Below, one piece after another: positions 22,385 through 31,435 of a stretch of 64,000 bases of DNA (its first letter is position 1; each line of letters starts with the position of its first letter). The notes beneath the pieces were generated by a model that saw nothing but the letters and a program-made list of their open reading frames with translations, was not told the DNA's origin and ran no database searches. The stretch covers positions 620,001-684,000 of the forward strand of contig OX337237.1 of assembly GCA_946965045.2 (NCBI GenBank), written 5' to 3'. A program made the position numbers and the translations under genes. Source of the DNA: Epithemia pelagica (lineage: Eukaryota; Protista; Bacillariophyta).

Positions 22385-23140
22385 TAGTAGAACTCTCATT
22401 GAGAATTCAGAAGGGTAATAGGTAGTTGGGTAAAAGGCTCGCTGAGCCGACAATCGATCACCAACCGATACAACAATCCTCCACGGGTCAGAGAAGAGTT
22501 GCAAGTCGAAGTCCGCCGTGGGTGGGGGCAGTCGGTCCACTGATAAGAGGTTAGTCTTAAGATGAGTGTTAAAATGGTGATATTAATGATTGTGAGATGA
22601 TTACTAACTAAGGTGTTTGATGAAGGTCGAGGTCCTGGCTCTTGTATACGGCCATGGATCTGGTGTGATAGGTCCTCAAATGGTTGGAGTAGACCTGCAT
22701 TGTTGTATTGAAAGTATATGCAGTTGTATATCATATACCAATGCCAACAGCTCTTGCTTTGTTGTGATATAGGTAGTTTTCTTGGCGCATTGTTGATTGC
22801 ATTCTTGGAATTGTGGGAATGGAAATATGGTCTCGCGTGATCGTGATTCGTGCTTTGATTACTTAGGTCGTTGAGGTAAGTCGTGGAGGTGCTCACTCGG
22901 ATCTTGATTGCGCGCGCTTGAGAATATTGGGCGCGCACGTGATGGGCCATAGTCAATATCCGAGCGGTCGCCGATAGCGCGTGCATTGCGAGCATGCCTT
23001 GGCCAAAATTAAAGGTCCGCGAGCATGCCGTCATTCTTTTCTCACTTTTACACAAATGTCATCGGATGCCATAAAATACTAGCATCAGTCGATGTGTTGT
23101 AGATTCCACCACCACCTAGTTAAAGGTGAGAATCCTAACA
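22385..23140 (-). repeat. 5' LTR (TG…TA)
   Basis: Direct repeat of 17733-18488. Confidence 0.95.
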
Positions 23141-24300
23141 TGGGTTGGTATGGGGGATTCTTCGGATTGGGCTAGTTTCAGGGCCCGTGCCGTTTGGGTC
23201 AAGAGACGGGGGTATGCAGCCGCTGCGGCGTTGTGGTACCCCAATCCTCCGAGTCTGTTGGGAAGGCTCGCTATGAGGGTCGATTGTTCTGTCACGTTGG
23301 TTTCGACAGTTGATGTGAGGTTGGCGATGAACTTGGCAATCAACCGGTTTGTTTTTGTCGTGACTGGACTGTTCCAGAGTGTGGATCGCTGGTTGGGGCA
23401 TGGGTGGGCCTGGACAATGTCTGCTGGGAGCAGGTGCAGAATGGCGGGGATGAAGGAATAGCGGAAGAGGGAGCTTCGGGTTTGGAGGTCGTCCATTTGG
23501 TTTAGTTTGTCAAGGTTGCTCTCCACGTTGTGGAGCCGTTGTTCGATGAATGTTTGTGCAAACGTTGGTGATCCAATGGGTTGTCCCAAGAAACGGGTAC
23601 CGGTTGTCAGTTCTGCTGCTTTTGGGTCGGTCGGGGAGAGTAGATGCAGTGCATGCTGGAGGCTCGAACGATGTTGTGGTTGCAGTCGCTCCAGGGGGGA
23701 CTCGTGGGAGGTAGAGGTCAGTATTTTTGTTTTTGTCACGTTTAATTGGATCCCCATTGGCTCACCCAGTTGTTGGAAACGTTGAATGAACCAATCGATG
23801 TCTTGGTGGGGAAGACAGATGGACGTATTGTCCATGATGGACGCCGTGTGTGCGACGCCGCCTTTTCCGTCGTCGTAGTCGTCGCCGTTGTTTTTGCGTA
23901 CCGCAGCTCTTGCGGCTTGCTCTTTGTTGATTTTATTTGTCAGTGCCAGTAATAGGAGGCACGCAAATAACGGACTGAGTGGGCATCCTTGGGGAAATCC
24001 TTCCTCCTGGAGGAAATGGTTGGGATTTTTGTCGGCGTCAAAGAACCATGATTGGCATGGTTTCCCCGTCAGCAAATCGTATAGGGGTACCAGAGGGGCT
24101 GTTGCGGGGTCGTTGAGGAGTATTTCCCGGGCGGCCGTCCTCGATGTGCTGTTGAACATATTATGCAGGTCCAGCAACAGTAGACTACGTGTTGGTAAGT
24201 TGTCCTCTTGGTCCCAATGAATGTATTGGTGTACGGCGGCTGTGGTTGTTTGAGCGACAAAATCCACACCACCGGGGGTTTGGATGCCATATTTTGTGTA
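23141..24300 (-). mobile_element. CRE-clade non-LTR retrotransposon, 5'-truncated RT part
   Basis: YGIQTPGGVD, LLLDLHNMFNS, EGFPQGCPLSPLF, IMDN (YxDD with the second Asp lost), RFLGQPIGS, LPNRLGGLG. Joins in frame to 17732 once the copia and one TSD are removed (…SPIPTH|HQQQY…). Confidence 0.9.
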
Positions 24301-24599
24301 GCCATATGATGCAGTCGTAAAATTTGAAAAGCACTTTGGTCAAGCTCTTTCATGGTTCTTCCACTTGGAGAAGGAGAGTCCCAGTCTAGAATAGGGACCA
24401 CCACATGGCTACCGTAGCCAATGCGCGACCGCGTTTGCGAGTGACGTGTTGGAAGCAAACTTTTTTCACAGCAAGAAAAGCATTCCCCATAGCGATGAAA
24501 CACATCCACGCCACGGCTGCTTCTCACTGCCAATTGGGGCTTCATTCACCAAGTCGCATCGGCAACGGATTCAATCCATCCGAGACAGATTCAAAAAAG

Positions 24600-24886
24600 T
24601 CGCTTGCTCTTCTGCCGGAGCGCGAGGATTACCTGTCGACGTGGCGATTCACGTTGCGGCGCAAGTCTGTGCCGATTGGATCTTGGAACAAGCAGCCACC
24701 ACCCACAACGACAGCGAAGACGACACCAACAAGAAGAAGGACACTTCAATTCCAACCACCGACCAGGACGACGCGAATCCTGGCGCCACGGTCGTATTTG
24801 GACTCTTGGAACACGCCCATGCCGAACAATTGGCGGCCGCTCTGACGGAGAGATTGGAAGCGCGAGAGCAACCACAAGAAGAATGA
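24600..24886 (+). pseudogene. Macro-domain gene, 3' fragment
   Basis: AGARGLPVDVAIHVAAQVCADW…VVFGLLEHAHAEQL matches the C-terminus of 50816..51883. Confidence 0.8.
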
Positions 24887-25436
24887 GTTGGACCAAGCCG
24901 CTGACTCCCTACCTAGAGGTAGCTGTGGGTGTGATCGTCCGTACCAATTCCACACACACGGGGGAGATGGTGGCGGAACAACAGAGGTTCCGAATCCACA
25001 CGCATCCGCACGACGATGACGATCTGTGTGTGCGTCCAAAACCCGTCACGACCCCCCATACACAATAAGCCATACACCAAGACACATACGCATACGTGCG
25101 CCCGAGCGCTAGCCTCCTCACTAGATCTAGAGGATGGCGGTGGAGGAGGATTGGTCTCTTGAACTCTGTGTGTGTGTTGAGTTTCTCCATCCCCTATATT
25201 CCACCAGCGTTCTAGGACTACAGCAGTCAATGCCACAACCGTGTGGGAGATCTGCCAAGTTTTCTCGTCAACGATCGGCTCACAGACTCTGTACCAAAAC
25301 CTGAGAAACAACAGTTTTGTGGATCGTGGACACACTCCCGGATCGGACTACCTATACTACCCAAAACCCAACCAACGGTTGTGCAAGAAACAACCACATT
25401 GTTTCTTCCATAGTCGCTGGATGACACAGTTTTAGG

Positions 25437-26573
25437 ATGGAGGATGTAAAAGAGCAAGCACGTTTGTCTGGACTCGTTTTGGGCAACAATCACGATGAAT
25501 CACGATGGAGTTTCAATGAAGCCGGAATTCGTGAGCGATGGTGGAACGCATCGGTTGTGGTACATGCTCCTTACAATGAAAAGGAAGAAATTATTGTCGT
25601 GTTGGGGGGCCACATATACGGGGCTTTGGATCCGGATCCTACCACAACAGTTTTGCTTCTAAAAAATAGTGATGGAAGCGAACACAAGCGAGGTCCCAAG
25701 ATGAACAAACAGCGAGTAGGACTTGCAGCGGTTGTTTGTAACGGCTGTGTCTACGCCATTGGAGGACTTCTTCAGTATTCTATTGAGCGGATTGAAGTCT
25801 CAGATTTACTGTCAAGTGCCTATTTGAACAAGACTGAGAAGAAAACACCGTGGAAAATATTGCAGTGTCGTTTGTCTACTGGTGGTTCATGCTCAGCTAC
25901 CGTGGTCCAAAACAGGTACATTGTAATTGGTGGAACAGATTGTAATGGAAATGTGGATATTCTTGACATAGCTCAAGCAAGTCAACCTTTCATTTTCCAA
26001 GGACCATCCATGAATGTTCCTCGTATCTACTTCGGAATGGCGGCCATTGGTTCACGTGTCTACGTCATTGGTGGAAAGAAGATTATTGGAGGACATGAGA
26101 TGTTAACTTCCGTCGAATACTTGGACTTGTCGGCTGATTCAGGCAACGATGGAAGTGATTTTCAAGAATCGACCCTTGCACCTTCTTTGTCATGGAAAAT
26201 GCACAATAATCTGGTTCTTTCTCTTCCTCGTTTCAGACATTCTGTTGTCCGCCTTGGAACATGCCTGCTTGTGGTCGGAGGTCGTAGTGACGATCGATTT
26301 TCTGTTGAAAATGAGGGTGACGCCAGAGTGCGTTTCGTGGAGGTTCTTGACACGAAACACAATAAAGTCTGGAGGCTTCCTGGAATGACAAAAGGACTAG
26401 GCGGGCATTTCGCAGCAGTTGCTTATTCCAATGGGATTATTGTTAACAATGAATTTGCTCTTGGAGATGAGTTGAAACCCTGCCAGACCTTTGAAAGGTT
26501 TCCATTGATGGATAAGAACTCTGCCCTGTACAAGCTTCTGCTGGATGGTCCTTCATTGAGACAATTTGATTGA
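25437..26573 (+). CDS. Kelch-repeat beta-propeller protein, copy A
   Basis: Repeated GG…Y/V..IGG…VEYLD…W…PR kelch motifs; 378 aa, open. Confidence 0.88.
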   Translation: MEDVKEQARLSGLVLGNNHDESRWSFNEAGIRERWWNASVVVHAPYNEKEEIIVVLGGHIYGALDPDPTTTVLLLKNSDGSEHKRGPKMNKQRVGLAAVVCNGCVYAIGGLLQYSIERIEVSDLLSSAYLNKTEKKTPWKILQCRLSTGGSCSATVVQNRYIVIGGTDCNGNVDILDIAQASQPFIFQGPSMNVPRIYFGMAAIGSRVYVIGGKKIIGGHEMLTSVEYLDLSADSGNDGSDFQESTLAPSLSWKMHNNLVLSLPRFRHSVVRLGTCLLVVGGRSDDRFSVENEGDARVRFVEVLDTKHNKVWRLPGMTKGLGGHFAAVAYSNGIIVNNEFALGDELKPCQTFERFPLMDKNSALYKLLLDGPSLRQFD

Positions 26574-29500
26574 CTGTCAGCATTAGATGATACTTGTGAC
26601 CCATCATAGTACTGAAAGATGACTGGAGTTGTGTTCCTCCCTCTTTTTGCCGCTGCGAGAGTTCGAAAGACCTATAATGATGCCGGCAGTCCAGAGACAT
26701 TTTTCATCCGAGTTACGATGGAAACCATCATCGTTTCGTTTGCCCTCCTTGTACAATAGGAGTAAAGAATTAGTTGTAGGAGAACTTACTCCTACTATAT
26801 AGGAGTAATAGGAGTAGGAACCTTTTGTGACTTTTGATTGACTCTCTCGACACATAGCTAGCTAGTAAATGCGCGACCGGATTGCCGAGTGACGTGTTGG
26901 AAGCAAACTTGGACTCCAACAAAAGCGTTCCATCCCTCCCTTCAGTTGAATCGACTAGAAGCTTGACGACAAATTTTGGGTCTTTGGTGAATGTTTTTTG
27001 CGTTTGAATTACCCGCCTGAGACAGGCGACCCACTGTAACCAAACATTTGTCGACACAGACCAGCCGACACAGGTTGATTGTGTCTCCAAAGTTTGAAGG
27101 ATAACAAATGCTGCATTTTCCCAGCCATCGTCTAATATGAGGTTGTGTGCAAGGAGAATTAAGGCTCACATACCCCTTCAGCATGAAACAGGGTTTGTCC
27201 TTATTCTCGTCCTTGGCGATGCACGCAAATTGTGCAACCCTTTCAAACAACCGTGTCAGGTATGTAAGCGACTCCTCCCTTGCGCTTTCGGCTTTTGCCT
27301 TCTCCCCTCGCCGGTTGTAATTAAAGAACACCCTAAAAACATAATGTTTCGTTGCTGCAGTCATTTTTTTCTTAATCGGTAACTCTTTCTGCAACCCTTT
27401 CATTTTATGAGAACAATGGACACCACCCCTGAGTCACCAGATCTTTGTCTACGACAAGATACAGTAATCGATATGTGGCCAAATGCATCAACAAGAAAAG
27501 CTGCAAAGATCCACTGCATCATCCCAAAGATTATCTGCCTCGTCTCCCAACAGAAATTGTAAATTCTCAAAAGAAACTATAACGCGCCCTTGGCTGCGCT
27601 CCTGGATTATTTTTTGGGCCCCAGCTCGCGCTGATTTACAGAAGAGGCCTTCTAGAGCAGCCTGGTTATCGACATTTACGCGAACACAAACAGATGCCGC
27701 AGGGTGCAGGTGCAAGGCCCCATGGAAAGTTTTGTGCTGATCAAATGTAACGGCAATTGAATCAGGAGGAAGGTCATCCAGTTTTCGTACCGTGAACATG
27801 CTGAAAAGAGCCACGACAACATGCTGAACTTCCGGAAATCGATTATTTTGAAGGACTGCGCGAGCCTTGTTGATGGTTTCTGGTATGTTTAGATGACCAT
27901 GGACTCGTTTGCGTTGATCGGCTATCAAAACATAATTGCCTGGATTCCCGTCCAGTTCCAGTGTGTAGAAGATATCGATTCCCTTGCCGTTGTCGCCATT
28001 CAATACAACCAACCCTTCTTTGATCCAGTTTACTGGCCTCGGGTAGTCCTTAAAGAGAATCGAAGCAGGCAAGGAATCATTAAGTGGCTCATTCATCTGA
28101 ACCACCCGCATTGGCTTGAGACGGACAGTAAAATTGGACACGTTGGTCTCTGCACCATTGAAGAGCTTCTTCAGTGTTGAAACGTTTGTAGCCGATGTGA
28201 TACAAAGCGCATTGATACGAAGCGCAACGAAACAAGCGCCAAATAGTTCCCATTGCTGCCAAGGAGCATTCGAAGGATTAAAAACGTTGTTATCCACAAA
28301 ATCCCCAAGATACTTCAAAGCGTCCATGAAAGCGTCTTCTGCTGGGGGCAACCTGTGATTGCTTTTGTCCACTTTGCTCAGATGATAGAAGAAGCAATAT
28401 GGAAGTTGAAGCCTTCTGTCGTCGCCAAGGATGCAAACAGAGCCATCACGGAGACGTCTAAAAGAGAGATGTTTGATCTTTGATTCTTCAATTCTCGCAA
28501 ATGGCGTATCCTCCTCCGTGACTGTTGCCCCGTTGACTGAGTAGGCCACCAACCAAATAAGCTCGCGTAAGGTAAAACCTGTTTTCTCTTTCCTTTTTTT
28601 TGCTTTTGGCGTTACATCGCTTCTCGGAACGGTGCTGTACACATTATCGAAGAATTCTCCGAACTTTTCTTCAAAGGTGTTTTTGTACTCTTCTTTCGCC
28701 GAATGCGGTGATTCATCTCCATTCGTCTTCTGCCATGTGAGGCATTCGTCTGCATATTCTGTGCATGGGCGTGGAACACCACCCAGAAAGAATAGATGTC
28801 TGCAAAAAATATCTTGCAGGAGAAGTTCTTTCATGCCGTCGCCTCTTCCATACACCGCCTTTCTCATTGCCTCTGTGTCGAGCAGTGGCATTCGGACCCG
28901 CTTAGTGCTTATAGCCGCTGCGTATGCATTTGACGATGCTGAGGCTGCCAATGACATCTTTGACCAGTCCGTACCCGCAAACATGGGAAGCATCACCACA
29001 CTGTTTTGTTTTGTCATTTCACTGAACATAGCATCGAGAAAATTCGCCAACGCATCTTCCCCGTCGACATGATTTGGGGGAATGCGTTGATACTCATCGA
29101 TCCCAACGAAGAGAGCACATTTGTCTTGATCATTTAATCCAAGAACCCTCTGAATTACTTTAAAAACGTCACCAAGTGTGAGTTCATCGGCATTCCTTGG
29201 CAACGATGTCCAAAAGTGTTGCCAACCATTTAACTTGCTGTTTCTTTCAAGAAAAATAGCATAGAGAAGCCGCCAAGCGAAGCCAGCATGGGCACCCATA
29301 GACCTCTCCTCAGATACCACCGAATGGCCATTTCCATAACTCAAGACAAGCGCCAACCTTTGTTTTGTAGGTGGAAAATTTACATCGCTCCAGATATTTG
29401 CATCGTCGTTGAATTTCTTCACCCACTCATCCAACAAACGGGTTTTGCCAATGCCGGACATTGCAGAACAAACAGGAAAGGGATAATCCCTTCGATCGCT

Positions 29501-29850
29501 TTTACCCTTTGTAGCGGATTCAAATAGTTTTTTTAGACAACTTTCGGTTGTTTTCATCGCTTGTTGGCGGCCTTCAAGGGTAAACTCCATACTTTCAGGA
29601 GACAGTAGATGAGCGCCAGAGGCCAACACCGCTTGGTCGTTCATACGTTCTTTCAACCATGCGAACAACGCATCCGCTGATGAAAGCTTCAAATGTTTTC
29701 CTGTTGGGATCTTTTTGAGACTAAGCTGAACAGAGTTTGAGGCAGTTGGATGGGCTGCAACCATAGGATTGGACACATTGGACGTCAATGGCGTGGAGGC
29801 GGGAAATTGTTGGGACATCATCTTCGGCGGCGAGGTGGAGGTTAAGGTCG
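26568..29850. repeat. 3.28-kb segmental duplication, copy 1 (partner 31436-34718, offset 4868)
   Basis: All ORFs in the block recur at +4868 with near-identical translations; boundaries read by eye. Confidence 0.95.
26770..27364 (-). pseudogene. CRESS-virus Rep-like (HUH-fold) ORF with altered catalytic motifs; probable +1 frameshift in a T6 run near 26995
   Basis: KHYVFRVFFN…FACIAKDE…MLKGYVSL…WLGKCSI…GDTINLCRL…TVG follows the spacing of circovirus Rep motifs I-III, but HxQ and YxxK are replaced. Confidence 0.55.
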
Positions 29851-29947
29851 TGGTGGTTCGTGGTGTCGACCCCTGCCAAGCGTGACAGGGTGACACGGCA
29901 AGCAAGAGCATCGTCCAAAACGACAAAACAAGAAACAAAGCATTCAT
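27488..29947 (-). CDS. Crinkler/RHS-like P-loop NTPase plus restriction-endonuclease-fold protein, copy 1 with signal peptide
   Basis: Walker A SGIGKT, Walker B FVGIDEYQ, GGVPR, and C-terminal WELFGA…GIDIF…DQRK. The likely start is MNALFLVLSF… at 29947; the track ORF extends upstream to 30163. Confidence 0.78.
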   Translation of the reverse strand: MNALFLVLSFWTMLLLAVSPCHAWQGSTPRTTTTLTSTSPPKMMSQQFPASTPLTSNVSNPMVAAHPTASNSVQLSLKKIPTGKHLKLSSADALFAWLKERMNDQAVLASGAHLLSPESMEFTLEGRQQAMKTTESCLKKLFESATKGKSDRRDYPFPVCSAMSGIGKTRLLDEWVKKFNDDANIWSDVNFPPTKQRLALVLSYGNGHSVVSEERSMGAHAGFAWRLLYAIFLERNSKLNGWQHFWTSLPRNADELTLGDVFKVIQRVLGLNDQDKCALFVGIDEYQRIPPNHVDGEDALANFLDAMFSEMTKQNSVVMLPMFAGTDWSKMSLAASASSNAYAAAISTKRVRMPLLDTEAMRKAVYGRGDGMKELLLQDIFCRHLFFLGGVPRPCTEYADECLTWQKTNGDESPHSAKEEYKNTFEEKFGEFFDNVYSTVPRSDVTPKAKKRKEKTGFTLRELIWLVAYSVNGATVTEEDTPFARIEESKIKHLSFRRLRDGSVCILGDDRRLQLPYCFFYHLSKVDKSNHRLPPAEDAFMDALKYLGDFVDNNVFNPSNAPWQQWELFGACFVALRINALCITSATNVSTLKKLFNGAETNVSNFTVRLKPMRVVQMNEPLNDSLPASILFKDYPRPVNWIKEGLVVLNGDNGKGIDIFYTLELDGNPGNYVLIADQRKRVHGHLNIPETINKARAVLQNNRFPEVQHVVVALFSMFTVRKLDDLPPDSIAVTFDQHKTFHGALHLHPAASVCVRVNVDNQAALEGLFCKSARAGAQKIIQERSQGRVIVSFENLQFLLGDEADNLWDDAVDLCSFSC

Positions 29948-30675
29948 GATGAATGAAATCGGTGTTTTCGTGGATAGATTCTTGACTTGTTGGTTGTTGT
30001 TCGAGAGAATCTCAAGACGTTGTCGTTGTTTGTCTCTTGGTGGTGGTGAGAAGGAGAGTGGTTCTTGTTTTGTTCTGTGGAGGGAGGTTTGTCGTTGAAG
30101 AGAGGGAGAGGAGGAGAACTCGTTGGATTCTCTTTTGGCTTGTTGGTTGCAGTGTCTCGTCATTGTTGGTCGTTGTCTTAGAGTGGTTCTTTTGCTCTCA
30201 AGGAAGGTTGTTGTTCTTGTTGTTCTTGTAGTTGTTGCAAGAGAGTCTCTGGAAACTCGCTCGCTCGCCTTGTCTTGTTTGGAGTGCCCAAAGGGATGAC
30301 AACCACAACTATACTATCCTAAATCGTGGCTATGCACACTGAACCGTATTGAGTACGAGTTAACAATGCGAATACGACATTTTTTCGACAATCACGACAT
30401 TCTCACGACAGTCATCAGGACATTCAAGGCCACAAAGTCGTCTTACTCCCATTGTCGGACGACATCGTCACGACAACCACGACGACAGGTAGATGAACGC
30501 TATCAGATATCGTTCCATTCTATCCACCGAAAGCAATCCCCGCAACAGCATCACCATGGCCAAGGGACGATTCAACAAAGGTAATGAATGCTTCCGATGA
30601 TCACTGGCTTCTAACAGACAAAGAGTTGACCATGCTAGTAAACTATTTGGTTTTCCTACTTGTCATTTTTGTCTC

Positions 30676-31435
30676 CTAAAACCTATCATCTTCCACATTG
30701 TCGGGATCCTCGAAGCAAGGCTCTATCGGGTCTCCACTGTCAATGATTTTTTCTTCCTGCTCAATTGCGTCGTCAGGTAAGTCTCCATCTTCAATGAAAT
30801 CATAAGCCTTTTTCCCGGTTTGATCAAAACTTGGGAATTTCAAATGCAGCATTTTAGATAGTTTGTCTCGGTTCCAATTGTTGGAATGCCACTTTCTGTG
30901 AGCCACAACTGTATGTGCGACGTCAAGCTCGAAATCCTGGATTTCCCAAGTGTCGTGTCCGTCACCGTGCATACCCTTGAGTGGTACGATCCATTAGGAT
31001 GCTTGGGATTGGGTCGGAGCTTTGCTGGCTCGCTTTCTGGCTGAAACTCGAGCATTTATGGCATCATACCGAGCTTTACGTTTCGATCCTTCCGGCGCGG
31101 AATAGTAAAGTTCGCTGTATATCCGCTCTGCTTGGTTTGTCAAAACCAAGTCATTGTCCCACATCTCGTCGAACGTTGTGATACTCTCCTGCTGGGTGGC
31201 GATCACCTCAAAATTCCCAGATCGGGAGAGGTTGTAGCTCCCTAGCACAGTGTATGTGTCAGTAATGACTGATTTTACATCAAGGGATGCTTTGCTGCTA
31301 CTATTGGCACCAAAAGTAGACATGGCGACCAACCGAATTTCGACATTCTCCAAGAGAGCCCTCTTGTTTCCAATCTCAGTGACCCACTTCGCAAGAGCTT
31401 TTCTGGTGTCCGTGGAACGATGCAGGAGAACTCGA
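30676..31435 (-). pseudogene. PLD-superfamily (HKD) nuclease-like relic
   Basis: SLDVKSVITDTYTVLGSYNLS fits HxKxxxxDxxxxxGSxN with His changed to Asp; in-frame stop near 30994; 5' end cut by the duplication junction. Confidence 0.6.

Larger units (their letters stand above)
17733..23140 (-). mobile_element. Ty1/copia (CoDi-like) LTR retrotransposon, non-autonomous, recent
   Basis: Two 756-bp LTRs, 5-bp TSD TGGGT (17728-17732, 23141-23145), PPT, PBS and a single gag-pol-derived ORF. Confidence 0.95.

Noticed and set aside
22365-22390. tRNA gene
   Set aside because: Only an anticodon-arm-like match; no acceptor stem or T-arm, so interpreted as a PBS.
26840-26900. Call as a bona fide Helitron 3' end
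   Set aside because: The hairpin is much shorter than typical, CTAG is not followed by T, and no helicase is present; kept only as a hypothesis in findings.
29948-30163. N-terminal extension of NTPase-REase copy 1
   Set aside because: Non-ATG track start; it reads like CAA-rich 5' UTR, and the first good ATG precedes a signal peptide.
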